DNA of 64,000 bases from Methanomicrobia archaeon (GCA_015661395.1 JACWML010000007.1:29194-93193); one strand, 5' to 3'. Shown: positions 27,501 to 36,779, counted from the stretch's first letter. Translations and numbers: made by a program. The notes: a model not told the origin generated them from the sequence alone.

Positions 27501-27892
27501 ATGCACGCTTTCGAGAGGAGCTCGTGAATGTCTGCGAGCGTGCACGGCTTGCCGTCCAGGTAGTAATAGCTATAGTAGCCGCTTGCGGTGCGGCGCACCT
27601 TTCGAGCAACCGTCACTTCCGCGTCGCTGGGTAGTTCGGCGTCGGCGTTGTCAAACCTCACCTTGACCATCGCTTCGTCAGCGCCATTCCCGTTAAAGAT
27701 CAGGTCCGTAAGTTTCTCGGCGCGCATAGTCCGCGAACTCGAGAGCCCGAGACAGAAGAGTACGCTATCAACGATGTTCGACTTTCCTGAACCGTTAGGT
27801 CCGGACACGGCCGTAAAATCGTCAAAAAAAGGAATTTTCACCTTTTTTCCAAATGACTTGAAGTTGTGAATCTCAAGTTCTTTAATGAACAT
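24545..27892 (-). CDS. smc: Chromosome partition protein SMC (atypical: ABC signature motif not found)
   Basis: Walker A (VSGPNGSGKSNIVDSVLF), long coiled coils, hinge (LPGVRGVVAELGKVDPRYTTALEIAAG...GRATFLPLNKM), Walker B and D-loop (PAPFYMFDEIDMFLD). At 1115 aa it is shorter than the ~1170-1190 aa I recall for archaeal SMCs. See finding at 24782-24811. Confidence 0.9.
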   Translation of the reverse strand: MFIKELEIHNFKSFGKKVKIPFFDDFTAVSGPNGSGKSNIVDSVLFCLGLSSSRTMRAEKLTDLIFNGNGADEAMVKVRFDNADAELPSDAEVTVARKVRRTASGYYSYYYLDGKPCTLADIHELLSKACITPEGYNVVLQGDITRIIEVSPLERRKIIDEIAGIAEFDRRRDRALDELEVVRERVERVDIILNEVALQLEQLKVEREHALKYQELKAKKRDYEKMVFASKLNKLAREIEATEGDLARKQRSKDKAVHELSATRDAIYDLEGQLSALSSAVSEKGENEQFELTKHIESIKGGLGQHQSRIDFVTKEAESLESQKRKVFIEVNSLKQKHEALQSDLRAEAVRRASLSSELEEQQQDLNALKEQLATLDENVTQARDELFEKRKMLGEEKDRRGDVVRARDRVLDVLRRASTDVHALEGKIDAVRSDAASVERDLEKIHQDRAALTRKLENARENIKDLEVRREDLKLAMETVERRLNQAHQEFVRAEARLKESFGKAVEAIQAAQLPGVRGVVAELGKVDPRYTTALEIAAGPRLRNIVVDTDADAAHAIAYLKEQNVGRATFLPLNKMKSVHREALPARDGIVDYAINLVDYDPEYAAAFSYVFGKTVVVTELEPARALLGQYRMVTLEGELLEMSGAMTGGIDRRALRFIAGEEQELHKLSRQIREYENERERLQQELNDVDDLLLQARHELVTAEGERERLARETEAFEARKEQANAEADAEIVHLAAMRAEKEQAGVNINELEEQEALHGSAVAALEQDIAELEKRLKGTDASKLTENLAQIADEVRRLQARISKCDATIADFRLQEDYNEKKLADAKEHLETTDKRIRELRASIREYSEASAHLEQELADVCGRERELARELSELREGRDALLEQISLKETEKADLQHKIDRTEQALETLDYQRLELEARRDELKAEAGEIGDVPPEEPHEAIVAALRTLEAQLESMNDVNMRAIEDYGNVARRQQDLAARKDTLFNERVEILERIDRYGLMKKEALLTAFESINANFKVIYAELSGATGEAMIFAIQRYMPAPFYMFDEIDMFLDGANAERVARMIKKLSSNAQFIVVSLRKPMIEAASRTIGVSMQEGNISSVTGVKLN

Positions 27893-27919
27893 AGTTTCAT
27901 CGGGCCGCGTGCCCGCTCA

Positions 27920-28279
27920 CTATTCGCGATCAGCGATGATTATATCGTTGCCTAGACGACGCTGGGGCTCGGAAGCACAATCCGTATCCGCGACGATATA
28001 GGTGGTCTTCTTTTTTCCCTGCAGTTGGAGAAGCGAAGGCTCAGCCGGCTCCGTTTCGCTTGTAAGCTCGTTGCTCTCGTTCACGCGCGGAAGCAGTGCC
28101 ATATCGTGGACTGAAGAACTGACGTCGACGAGCTGTTGGGTGATACCGTTTAGCGCGCTCGACAATTCAGCAACTTTATGTTCGAGTTTCGTCACGCGCT
28201 GGTCGAGCGTCGAGCGCGGAACCCCTTGTTTGACCCTTAAGCGACGCGGCATCTCATCTGGATCGTCTTGATAACGCAT
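27920..28279 (-). CDS. Hypothetical coiled-coil protein (119 aa)
   Basis: ORF 27 nt upstream of smc on the same strand. It has a heptad-like segment (LDQRVTKLEHKVAELSSALNGITQQLVDV). No family recognised. Confidence 0.45.
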   Translation of the reverse strand: MRYQDDPDEMPRRLRVKQGVPRSTLDQRVTKLEHKVAELSSALNGITQQLVDVSSSVHDMALLPRVNESNELTSETEPAEPSLLQLQGKKKTTYIVADTDCASEPQRRLGNDIIIADRE

Positions 28280-28360
28280 ATCCTACCTCGTAATGTACTG
28301 CGGGGTTCGCACCTTATACTTTATGGTATGTACTCGAACCGCAAACGGCGTAATTCGGTT

Positions 28361-29623
28361 TTATGGCGTAATCCGCCGCCGATCACGAGGGAAAAGAACG
28401 CTTTCCCGAATGTTGGCGAGACCGAGCATGGTCACGAGAAGGCGCTCAGCCCCAAGACCCCACCCGGCGTGAGGCGGCATGCCGAAACGAAATGCGTCGA
28501 GATAGAACCCGAAGTTTTCAGGCGCGAGCGATTTGCTGGCAAGCTGTTCGACGAGGAGGGCATAATCGTGAATCCGTCGCGCACCTGACGCGAGTTCCAT
28601 CCTCGGGTGCATGAGATCGAAGGCGTAGCAGAGATTGTTGCGTGGCTGCACGTAGAACGGCTTCAGCTCAACTGGCCAGTCTACGATGAAGTAGTGCTCC
28701 CCCATCTCCTGACCGACGGCTCTCTCTGCAGCGGTGTCTAGATCGTCGCCCCACGGAATATCCGCGATTTCAATCGCCTCCGCATAAGCGATTCGTTTGA
28801 AGGGAATATGGGGGATCGAAAGCGTCACGCCTAACGATTGGAGCGGAGCGCTGCAGCGCTCGGCAACGGCGATATAGACGTGCTGAATAAGCTCTTCAAG
28901 GAGCTCCATGACCTCATTATCGTCCAAAAATGAGGCCTCTATGTCGATCGAGGTGACCTCATTGAGGTGCTTGCGCGTGTCGTGCTCCTCGGCGCGAAAT
29001 ATGGGGCCAACCTCAAAAACCCGTTCCAAGCCGGCCGCCATCATGATCTGCTTGTAGAGCTGCGGGCTCTGGTTCAGGAACGCTTCGCGGTCAAAGTACG
29101 ATATGGGGAAGAGCTGCGTCCCGCCCTCAGTCGCCGTGGCCACCATTTTAGGAGTCTGAATTTCAATAAAATCGTGGGCTGATAGAAACGCCCGCACCTC
29201 GTGGAGCACCGTCGCACGAATAAGAAAGATAGCGCGCGTCGCTGGAAGACGCACGTCCATGAACCGCGCATCGAGGCGCGTATCAAGATCGGCCCGCACC
29301 TTGCCGGTGACGTCAAGCGGAAGCGGTGATTCCGCAGCGTTGAGCAGCTCAACCTCGTAGGGAATAATTTCAAAGCCTTGTGGCGCTTTCAGTTCCTCCT
29401 TGACGAGTCCCGCGACGCGGACGACGGACTCCCGGCTGAGACTTCGCACGTGTTCGACGAGTTCAGGGGGAACCTTCTTTTTGGGCATGGTGATTTGCAT
29501 AATGCCATCGCGATCACGGAGCAGAAGGAAGCTAATACCCCCGAGGTCGCGAAGCTCATGCACCCACCCCGCAACGGTCACGTCAGTTTCTGGGACGATC
29601 GCGCTTGAGCGCGTGAGCTTCAT
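28361..29623 (-). CDS. aspS: Aspartate--tRNA ligase, archaeal type
   Basis: N-terminal OB fold ([30 protein letters not shown]). Class II motifs ([14 protein letters not shown]; [15 protein letters not shown]). At ~420 aa it matches the compact archaeal/eukaryal form. Confidence 0.92.
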   Translation of the reverse strand: MKLTRSSAIVPETDVTVAGWVHELRDLGGISFLLLRDRDGIMQITMPKKKVPPELVEHVRSLSRESVVRVAGLVKEELKAPQGFEIIPYEVELLNAAESPLPLDVTGKVRADLDTRLDARFMDVRLPATRAIFLIRATVLHEVRAFLSAHDFIEIQTPKMVATATEGGTQLFPISYFDREAFLNQSPQLYKQIMMAAGLERVFEVGPIFRAEEHDTRKHLNEVTSIDIEASFLDDNEVMELLEELIQHVYIAVAERCSAPLQSLGVTLSIPHIPFKRIAYAEAIEIADIPWGDDLDTAAERAVGQEMGEHYFIVDWPVELKPFYVQPRNNLCYAFDLMHPRMELASGARRIHDYALLVEQLASKSLAPENFGFYLDAFRFGMPPHAGWGLGAERLLVTMLGLANIRESVLFPRDRRRITP

Positions 29624-30888
29624 TGAAGCCTCCGCAGCACTGACGCTGCGTGTCCAGGCAACCCCTCGATCTGCGCCAGCGAACGGACGAGGTCCGCAAG
29701 GCTGTCCAACCCGTCTCTCGTCAGCACTTGTACGCTCGTCTTCTTAGTAAAGTGATCGACGTTAAGCCCGCTGACGTACTTGGCGAATCCGCCGGTTGGC
29801 AATGTGGAGCTTATTCCGGTGGCGTAATCACCGACAGCTGCGGGCGTATAGTCCCCCACGCAGACGGTCCCGGCATTGCGGATCTTTTCCAACGCGGTAA
29901 TCGGATCGCGCACCATGAGTTCGAGGTGCTCGGGAGCAAGGTCATTGATGAACGAAATGCACGCGTCCACGCTGTCGCCCACAAGAACGGCAGTGTTGCT
30001 CAGATCAATGAGATCCTTCCGCGGGGCTACTTCGCGCTGCACAGTGAGCTCCTTTTTGACCTCGCGTGCGAGTTCCGGAGACGGCGTCAGCAGGAAACCG
30101 GATGACGTCGGGCCGTGCTCGAGTTGGGCGAGGATATCAGCGGCAATAAACTCGGGATTCCCTCCATCGGCGAGCACTGCAATTTCACTTGGGCCCGCGG
30201 GGAAGTCGATTTCCACCGCACTCTGCACGAGGAGCTTTGCGGCCGTTACGTACACATTGCCTGGTCCGACGATCTTGTCCACCTTTGCGACGCTTTCTGT
30301 CCCATACGCCATCGCAGCGATCGCCTGCGCCCCCCCAATCTTATAGACAGCGTTCGCACCTGCAATATCGGCAGCGAGAAGCGTTGCCACCGGCACGGTG
30401 CCGTCAGGCATCGGCGGAATACACACGACGACCTCGCGCACGCCAGCTACTTTGGCCGGCACGATATTCATGAGTGCTGTGGATGGGTACAGCGCAAACC
30501 CTCCGGGCACGTAGGCGCCGATGCGATCGAGCGGCGTGGTCTTTTGCCCGAAGACAACTCCCGGAGCGACCTCGTGAAGCCATAAGTCGCTTTGCACCTG
30601 TCGCATGTGGAACGACGTGATGTTGTCGGAAAGATGATACAACGCGTCGATGACGTCTTGCGAGGCATTTTCGTACGCCGAGAGGAGCTCCCCTTCTGTT
30701 ACTCGAAGCCCGACGATGTCGGCTTTGTCATATTCTAAGGTGTATTGCATGACGGCGGTGTCGCCGTTTTCTTTCACATCATTAATGATTTTCTGGACGT
30801 GGCCCATAACCTCACGTACGGCCGCACCGCGGTCGAGAAGACGGTCGAATTCGGCGTCAGTCACCTCAGATAAGCGTTTACAGATCAT
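29620..30888 (-). CDS. hisD: Histidinol dehydrogenase
   Basis: GAYVPGGFALYPSTALMNIVPAKVAGV, YKIGGAQAIAAMAYGTESV.KVDKIVGPGNVYVTAAK, QLEHGP, APEHLEL. Its stop overlaps the aspS ATG (ATGA). Confidence 0.92.
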   Translation of the reverse strand: MICKRLSEVTDAEFDRLLDRGAAVREVMGHVQKIINDVKENGDTAVMQYTLEYDKADIVGLRVTEGELLSAYENASQDVIDALYHLSDNITSFHMRQVQSDLWLHEVAPGVVFGQKTTPLDRIGAYVPGGFALYPSTALMNIVPAKVAGVREVVVCIPPMPDGTVPVATLLAADIAGANAVYKIGGAQAIAAMAYGTESVAKVDKIVGPGNVYVTAAKLLVQSAVEIDFPAGPSEIAVLADGGNPEFIAADILAQLEHGPTSSGFLLTPSPELAREVKKELTVQREVAPRKDLIDLSNTAVLVGDSVDACISFINDLAPEHLELMVRDPITALEKIRNAGTVCVGDYTPAAVGDYATGISSTLPTGGFAKYVSGLNVDHFTKKTSVQVLTRDGLDSLADLVRSLAQIEGLPGHAASVLRRLQ

Positions 30889-31118
30889 GGCATCACAACC
30901 GATAGGACGCGATACGGTATTAACCTTTATGGGTAAGCCTCATACGCCAATCTTTACGCACAAGACTCATTTCGAAGTACTTAAATAGAAAGAAACGAGC
31001 ATTACACGCGCATGAGCAGGAAAGACGTGATGAGCGACATCGCGATGGCCCGTAAAGAGCTCAGCATCGACCGAATGAAAAAGATACTGAAGGTGTGCCT
31101 CACCATCACCCGGAAGTC

Positions 31119-32114
31119 TTACTGATCGATAATGGGCGCTTCGCGCCCGCATCCAGGACACTGTTTACCTCGTTTTTTGATGACATACCCGGTTCGTTCG
31201 ATAATGACGGCGCCGCATTCGGGGCAGTACGTATTCTCGTGCTGACTCGGAACGTTGCCTAGGTAGATATAGCGCAGTCCGGCCCGTGCTGCGGCGCTAT
31301 ACGCCTTTTCAAGCGTTTCTATGGGTGTTGCCGGACGGTCAAGCATACGCCAATCAGGATGGAAGCGCGAGAAGTGAACCGGCGTATCGCAGTCAACGCT
31401 CGCCGCCCACTCGCTAAAAGCGGTGAGCTGTTCTTCGTCATCGTTCAGTCCGGGAATAACGAGATACGTCAGTTCGAGGTGGATGCCGTGCTCGTGCATG
31501 CGCTCGCACGTTTTGAGCACGGGATCGAGACGCGCCTTGCAAACGCTGTTGTAGAACTTCTTGTTGAAGCCCTTCACGTCGACGTTTGCCGCATCGAGAT
31601 AGGGTCCGATCTTTTCGAGAGCTTGTGACGTCATGTAGCCATTGGTGACATAAACCGTGTACAAACCGGCTTCTTTAGCGAGGATCGCAGAATCGTACGT
31701 ATATTCAAACCAGATCGTCGGCTCATTGTACGTCCACGCAATCCCGCGGCAGTTGCGCTCGAGAGCGAGCTGCACAGAACGCTCAGGAGGGATTTCCGTC
31801 GTGCCCAGCTCTCCGACTTCCGCGAAGGAGATGTCGTAGTTTTGGCAGTGCTCACACCTGAAGTTACAGCTCACCGAACCGAGCGAAAACACCTTTGATC
31901 CGGGGTAAAAATGATACAGCGGCTTCTTTTCGATCGGATCGACGTTCATAGAGCTCACCTCCGCATAGATGAGGGTTTCGAGCTTGCCGTCGAGATTCTG
32001 CCGCACGTGACAGATCCCACGCTCCCACTTCTTAATCTTGCACTCGTGTGCGCAGGCAAAACAGTGTACGGCCTCGCTTTCTATCGGCTCCCACAACATG
32101 GCATCTTTTATCAC
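31119..32114 (-). CDS. AmmeMemoRadiSam-system radical SAM enzyme (PFL-activase-like)
   Basis: N-terminal Cys cluster (CFACAHEC...GICHVR), DPIEKKPLYHFYPGS, radical SAM motif CNFRCEHCQN, and a C-terminal CPECG...CPGCG zinc-ribbon-like pair. Confidence 0.8.
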   Translation of the reverse strand: MIKDAMLWEPIESEAVHCFACAHECKIKKWERGICHVRQNLDGKLETLIYAEVSSMNVDPIEKKPLYHFYPGSKVFSLGSVSCNFRCEHCQNYDISFAEVGELGTTEIPPERSVQLALERNCRGIAWTYNEPTIWFEYTYDSAILAKEAGLYTVYVTNGYMTSQALEKIGPYLDAANVDVKGFNKKFYNSVCKARLDPVLKTCERMHEHGIHLELTYLVIPGLNDDEEQLTAFSEWAASVDCDTPVHFSRFHPDWRMLDRPATPIETLEKAYSAAARAGLRYIYLGNVPSQHENTYCPECGAVIIERTGYVIKKRGKQCPGCGREAPIIDQ

Positions 32115-32300
32115 GTTATGACCCCCTGGCTTCTGAAGCAGTTGAGCGTCGCTTGATGATATTACCCGGTCCTCGTTTGCAGCTTATTGCGCTCGTACAA
32201 CGTTCGCGAGCCTTGTTCTTCTCGCCTTGATTTTGGCCTTAAACGCAATGCGCGAACGAGGACGCATCAAATGACTTTCCTAGACTGTGATGCGACTCGC

Positions 32301-33311
32301 CTAGCCAAACGCCCGGAAGGTCACGATGTTCCGCGCGTAGGGGACGAGCTTACGCAGTGACATGAGGTGGGACGTTTCAGCGTGACAATAAATGAGACAG
32401 TGCCTGTCGCAGCGCAGCATCTGCTCACGGTCAGCCTGTGCGCGTTCCGAGATCATAAGGGCCTGAAGATCGTTTTCGAGTAGATTGCCCAACTTAGTGC
32501 CGATGGGCATGCACGGATAAATGATATCGCCGTTCGGCTCGATCATAACGCTAAGCGTTCGGCACTTGTACGGCTGGTCAAAACTCTCGATGTACGAGCG
32601 ACTCGTTGTGAGCGTGTTCCCGTACTCGCGCTTCAGGCGCGTAACGATCTCGCGAAGTGCCATCAGATCCGGCGTGAGGTCTTCAGTGCCTTCAAAGTTG
32701 AACGCAGGCATAATGAGAATCTTGTGGCCGTGTGCGTGCACTTTTTCCACCTTTTCCTCGATCTTATCGAGGTCGCGCTTCGTTACGACTGTTTGCACCG
32801 TCGTCTTGATGCCAAGATCAGAGAAGAAGTCGAGTCGGTCAAGCATGTGCACGTTGCTGTGGCCCTCGTCAATGGATAACTGCAGAAAATCGAAGTACCT
32901 TGCGTACTCTGCAAATGGCCGTCGATCGATGAGCAGTCCGTTGGTGGTAAACAGAATATAGTTCGAACAGTCGTGTGTGTAGCGGAGAATTTCACCGATA
33001 TCCTTGCGCAATAGCGGCTCTCCCCCTTCAAAGCTGATGGTAAAGGTGCTTGCTTGAGACAGATTATCAATGACAGTGAGCACGTCATTCGTGTTAAGGT
33101 CAGGGATCTTATCTGCCCAGACGTTGCAGAAGCCACACCGCAGGTTGCACCGGTGGGTGATCTTGAATGATGCGTAGAACGGATTGTCGAAATCGTTTCG
33201 GATGTAGTTCGAAAGATACCCTCTAAGGGCCCGCACATTTCTGTTCATGGTGCCTCGCTGCAGTTGTGTGACGAACGAATTCGTGAGGGGGTGGCTATTG
33301 TTGGTATCCAA
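32301..33311 (-). CDS. Radical SAM protein with SPASM/twitch-like C-terminal Cys-rich region, function unknown
   Basis: CNLRCGFC (CX3CX2C), FEGGEPLL, and C-terminal ...YKCRTLSVMIEPNGDIIYPCMP...LGNL...CDRHCLIYCH. An alternative start is the ATG at 33248 (MNRNVRAL). Confidence 0.8.
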   Translation of the reverse strand: MDTNNSHPLTNSFVTQLQRGTMNRNVRALRGYLSNYIRNDFDNPFYASFKITHRCNLRCGFCNVWADKIPDLNTNDVLTVIDNLSQASTFTISFEGGEPLLRKDIGEILRYTHDCSNYILFTTNGLLIDRRPFAEYARYFDFLQLSIDEGHSNVHMLDRLDFFSDLGIKTTVQTVVTKRDLDKIEEKVEKVHAHGHKILIMPAFNFEGTEDLTPDLMALREIVTRLKREYGNTLTTSRSYIESFDQPYKCRTLSVMIEPNGDIIYPCMPIGTKLGNLLENDLQALMISERAQADREQMLRCDRHCLIYCHAETSHLMSLRKLVPYARNIVTFRAFG

Positions 33312-33323
33312 TGAGCCGTAGAT

Positions 33324-33983
33324 TCACTCCTCAAAGGGCGCAACGTAGCATGATGTCTGCTTGCTGCTAATGAGCTTCTGATCGTGAAAAAGGCGCGCTG
33401 TGAGGAGATATGTGCCTTCCTCACTCGCATAGAGTTCACTTACGAATCGCTTCGTGCCGCCTTCTGCGATGAAGTCGATATCGATCACGTCCATAAGCGT
33501 GTGCGCTTTCGACGGAGGAGTTGCGGCGATTTCGAGCCGTAGATTCGGCACGTCGCGGTGGGCGTGCACGACCGTTTCCGTCTCGATTGTTTCTTCATAC
33601 GCCCAGTAGGGCCGCTTCGCGAAGAAGGTCTGGATCTCAGCGGGATCTTCAGTGAGTCGAACCTCCTGATCGGGAGAGTACCAGCTCACGAGAGCACCGT
33701 CGCGGTACGCCGTGACGTGCAGATAGACCCGTCCAGTGTGGTTCGCAAAAACGTGAAAGTTGAGCGCTGCGGTGTCTTGAGGGCGCAACTCTTTCACGAA
33801 GTGAAAAGAGCCGCTTGGCAAAACGTCGAGGTCGTACGAGTTATAAGTATACAGCGTCGCGCTCACATCGACGAGGCGCTCCGTTGATACGTTCCTCAGC
33901 TGGACGGTGATCCAGTGGCGCCCCCGGTCGAGTAACTCGGGCGTAACGGTTGCCTCGAAGGGATACTTGCGTCGTTCTTCCAT
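33324..33983 (-). CDS. Hypothetical cytoplasmic protein (219 aa), apparently two beta-rich halves
   Basis: Clean ORF between hsp20 (11-nt gap) and the radical SAM gene (12-nt gap if that gene starts at 33311). No signal peptide or TM segment. No family recognised. Confidence 0.65.
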   Translation of the reverse strand: MEERRKYPFEATVTPELLDRGRHWITVQLRNVSTERLVDVSATLYTYNSYDLDVLPSGSFHFVKELRPQDTAALNFHVFANHTGRVYLHVTAYRDGALVSWYSPDQEVRLTEDPAEIQTFFAKRPYWAYEETIETETVVHAHRDVPNLRLEIAATPPSKAHTLMDVIDIDFIAEGGTKRFVSELYASEEGTYLLTARLFHDQKLISSKQTSCYVAPFEE

Positions 33984-33994
33984 AGCGCACCAGC

Positions 33995-34483
33995 CTACTT
34001 AACGTTCACTCGGGTTTTCTTTTCCACCTCAGTGGGCTCCTTCTTCGGGATTTTGACCTCGAGCACGCCGTTCTTGAACGTTGCTTCTGCCTTATCTGGA
34101 AGAACGTCGGCGGGGAGGTCGAGCATCCGGCGGTACGATGCGTAGCCGCGCTCACGGTAGGTATAATCCTCATCCTTGCGTTCCGTTTCGGTGCTTGATT
34201 CGGCGCTGATCTCGATCTGTTCGGGGGTAAGGTTGATCTCGATATCCTCCTTCTTGACTCCTGGCATGTCTGCGACCACCTGGAGGGCGTCGCCAAGGTC
34301 AAGGACGTCAACGCGTGGCTGTTTCAAAGCGGGCATCGGCGCTTGTGAGGGGAGTACGCGCTCAAGGGTGTCTTCCATGTTGGCGCGGAACGTATCGAGC
34401 ATGCGGCGCATTTCGGCGAAGGGCTCACTCATCCAGTAGTCCTTCGGCGTGACTCTTTTTTCTTCTTTCTTTTCGTCGGTCAT
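33995..34483 (-). CDS. Small heat-shock protein, Hsp20/alpha-crystallin family
   Basis: Alpha-crystallin domain PRVDVLDLGDALQVVADMPGVKKEDIEINL......YRRMLDLPADVLPDKAEATFKNGVLEVKIPK. Start taken at MTDEKKEE (ATG 34483). Confidence 0.88.
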   Translation of the reverse strand: MTDEKKEEKRVTPKDYWMSEPFAEMRRMLDTFRANMEDTLERVLPSQAPMPALKQPRVDVLDLGDALQVVADMPGVKKEDIEINLTPEQIEISAESSTETERKDEDYTYRERGYASYRRMLDLPADVLPDKAEATFKNGVLEVKIPKKEPTEVEKKTRVNVK

Positions 34484-34573
34484 AATATCATCAAATTTAG
34501 TAGCGCACGGAAGGTAATAAAGCATACGCAAGGAAAAACAGATCATGAAGGAGGGCTTCACAAACACAAACAG

Positions 34574-35413
34574 TTATCGCAGAAATAGGTCGAGGCCGTT
34601 TTGTGCGCACGCCTTCTGCCCTCGATCCGCGTACCCCTCTAAGCTGAGCGCGTGCAAGACTCGTGCGACCGACAAGCAATCCGAGGGCTGCGCGCTCATG
34701 TCGCTGTTGACGACAAACTTCGCTTCAGGATACTCTCTGATCAATTCCACGGCATCTTGCACCGATGCTTTGCCTGGCTGGACGGTAATGCCGACATACG
34801 TCCCCGCTTCGAGTGCGATATCGATCGTAGACGGATCGATGTGATCGATAACCACATCCTTGGCCCCAACGTCGTCAACGATCGCAACGATTCGCTCGAG
34901 CGCCTCTCTTTTCCCGCGCCGCGGCGTATGAATGACTTTAGGATAGTAATCGATCTCGAGCTGCGCGCGAAAAACCCGCTCCTCGACGTCAGTGCATCGT
35001 TCAAGACCGATCTCCCCGACGGCGACCACATCCGGGTGCGAGAGATATTCGGGGAGCGCCCGTAGCGTTTCGTCAACCTGGGCGTTTATAGAGCGCGGGT
35101 GGACACCGAGACCAACGTGCACGCTGATGCCATTTTCCGCACCTCGGCGCACTTCGCCGTGCGCAAGCTTGTGAAAGTGGTCGAGCAGCACATCCGCGGT
35201 TGACATTCGCATCGGGTCGTGCGCGAGCGTTAAGACGTCAGTGACACCGGCAACCCCCATCAATTCAAAGTCCTCATACGGACGAGTGTCCATGTGGGCA
35301 TGCGTATCAAACACGAGCGCATGAGCGCGGTCTTGAGTCTTATGTGTTATGCATGAGCGTTCCGCGCGAGCCAAGGGAACAATTTCGTAAGCGTTGCCGT
35401 CCAAGGGGTTCAA
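34574..35413 (-). CDS. TatD-related metal-dependent hydrolase
   Basis: FDTHAHMD, LGVHP, VAVGEIGLE, and the VIHTPR, VIDH and NSD pattern of the amidohydrolase/TatD fold. The apparent start is a TTG at 35413. Confidence 0.75.
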   Translation of the reverse strand: MNPLDGNAYEIVPLARAERSCITHKTQDRAHALVFDTHAHMDTRPYEDFELMGVAGVTDVLTLAHDPMRMSTADVLLDHFHKLAHGEVRRGAENGISVHVGLGVHPRSINAQVDETLRALPEYLSHPDVVAVGEIGLERCTDVEERVFRAQLEIDYYPKVIHTPRRGKREALERIVAIVDDVGAKDVVIDHIDPSTIDIALEAGTYVGITVQPGKASVQDAVELIREYPEAKFVVNSDMSAQPSDCLSVARVLHALSLEGYADRGQKACAQNGLDLFLR

Positions 35414-35458
35414 ATGGGTCCAGAAGACCGATAATTATAAACGTGAAGAGTAAGCAGC

Positions 35459-35665
35459 ATGGTTAGCGTGACCATGTTAGTACCCAAAATAGACGTCGAA
35501 CTCTGCGTCGGATGTGGTGCGTGTGAAGACACATGCCCCGACGTCTTTGAGCTTCAGGATGATGGATTGTCGCACGTCATCGACGCGACTGCCTGCAGCG
35601 AATGTGAGTGTCAAGAGGCTGCTGACAGCTGCCCGACTGAGGCCATCTCCTTTATCGAAGAGTGA
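35459..35665 (+). CDS. Small single-cluster ferredoxin
   Basis: IDVELCVGCGACEDTCPDVFEL...DGL...C.EAADSCPTEAISF, the pattern of ~60-aa archaeal ferredoxins. The start could also be the ATG at 35474. Confidence 0.8.
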   Translation: MVSVTMLVPKIDVELCVGCGACEDTCPDVFELQDDGLSHVIDATACSECECQEAADSCPTEAISFIEE

Positions 35666-35765
35666 CCTCACGCTTCCGCACGACGCCACTTTTCTTGTCC
35701 ATCCTCCGGGCCGGATGCTGGGTGCCGCTCTGCCCCGCCTGATCAAGCGGTCAGTGACTGACGCG

Positions 35766-36356
35766 TTAAAACTGCAAGCCAACCAGCTGAACGAAGAAGG
35801 AGAGGAAGTACACGATCGCTATGCCTTTGATAGCCTTAGCCACGAACATAATGACGACAAATGTGGTCGGGTTAAACTCTTCGATTCCAGCGACGATAGG
35901 CACCAAATCGCCGGCAAAGGGAATCCATGGCGAGATTATCAACAGCGCAGCCCCATATTTACCAAACCAAGCACGGACCCTCTTTTCGCGTTCGGGGTTA
36001 TGGAAGGGGATGATCCTCCGTATCCCGTATTTCCCCAAGAGGTAACCCACCGAGGCGCCAAGAACCGACGCAGGAATCAGCACGAGCAGGATGACTGGCG
36101 GACTCACGTTCTCGCTCAGCAGCAGCGCGATTGTCGGCTCTGTGGGGATAGGGAGCACTGACGAGGTGGCGCTGACGAGAAACAGTTCAAACAAGCCGTA
36201 GTTAGTGATGAAAGGCAGTAATAGGCACTCAGTCACTTTGATCGCTTTCAACACTTCTACGCGTTTATAAAAAGGTAGTGACGACGCCGCCCGACCACAC
36301 AGATTGCGTTTGGATGCCACTGACCGACAACAGCGCTTATATCCGCGTGGCGCCAT
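35766..36356 (-). CDS. DedA/VTT-domain (SNARE-associated) membrane protein
   Basis: ...LPIPTEPTIALL..., GASVGYLLGKYG, KYGAALLIISPWIPFAGDLVPIVAGI. The only ATG (36356) lies 15 nt from the divergent gene. A TATA-like box at 36264-36273 suggests the real start is an internal GTG or TTG at about 36254-36234. Confidence 0.7.
   Translation of the reverse strand: MAPRGYKRCCRSVASKRNLCGRAASSLPFYKRVEVLKAIKVTECLLLPFITNYGLFELFLVSATSSVLPIPTEPTIALLLSENVSPPVILLVLIPASVLGASVGYLLGKYGIRRIIPFHNPEREKRVRAWFGKYGAALLIISPWIPFAGDLVPIVAGIEEFNPTTFVVIMFVAKAIKGIAIVYFLSFFVQLVGLQF
36264..36273 (-). promoter_or_regulatory. TATA-box-like element (TTTTTATAAA on the minus strand)
   Basis: Read directly. In-frame GTG codons follow at 36254 and 36236. 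Confidence 0.35.
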
Positions 36357-36371
36357 GGGTGTGAAGATAGC

Positions 36372-36743
36372 ATGGAAAACGAACGATATAGGCGCGGGAT
36401 CGAAGCGCTGCGCAGGGTGAACGAGGAGGGCATCACAAACCTCATTCAGAGTATGGACGCTGTTGCGCCTGACCTTGCACGCTACGTTATTGAGTTTGCG
36501 TACGGGGATATCTACACCCGTCCGGGACTACACACGAAGCAGCGGGAACTATGCATCGTCGCCGCTCTCACCGCCCTCGGCAATCGAGAGGATCAACTTC
36601 GCGACCACATTCAAGCAGCTCTCAATGTCGGGTGCACACGACAGGAGCTTGTCGAGACCATCCTCATGATGGCCGTATATGCAGGATTTCCGGTCGCGAT
36701 TAAAGGAATGCAGATCGCACGCGAAATGTTGCCCCATGAATGA
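36372..36743 (+). CDS. Carboxymuconolactone decarboxylase (AhpD-like) family protein
   Basis: 123 aa. ...APDLARYVIEFAYGDIYTRPGLHTKQRELCIVAALTALG...QLRDHIQAALNVGCTRQELVETILMMAVYAGFP matches the CMD family pattern. Confidence 0.8.
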   Translation: MENERYRRGIEALRRVNEEGITNLIQSMDAVAPDLARYVIEFAYGDIYTRPGLHTKQRELCIVAALTALGNREDQLRDHIQAALNVGCTRQELVETILMMAVYAGFPVAIKGMQIAREMLPHE

Positions 36744-36779
36744 ACGCTAACCGAGCCACGACCGCCGTCCGGCCGCGCC

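Noticed and set aside
24479-27869. Many long plus-strand ORFs inside smc (for example 24479-25264, 25527-26090, 26118-26426, 27251-27634).
   Set aside because: They are antisense to a gene with unambiguous SMC motifs. Their translations are Arg/Ser/Ala-rich and low in complexity, as expected for the antisense of GC-rich coiled-coil coding sequence.
32184-32267. 27-codon highly basic minus-strand ORF (MRPRSRIAFKAKIKARRTRLANVVRAQ) between the two radical SAM genes. I considered it as a RiPP-type precursor or tiny ribosomal-like protein.
   Set aside because: It has no Cys, Ser or Thr-rich core and no leader-like region or recognisable family. It is too short to separate from chance without conservation or expression data.
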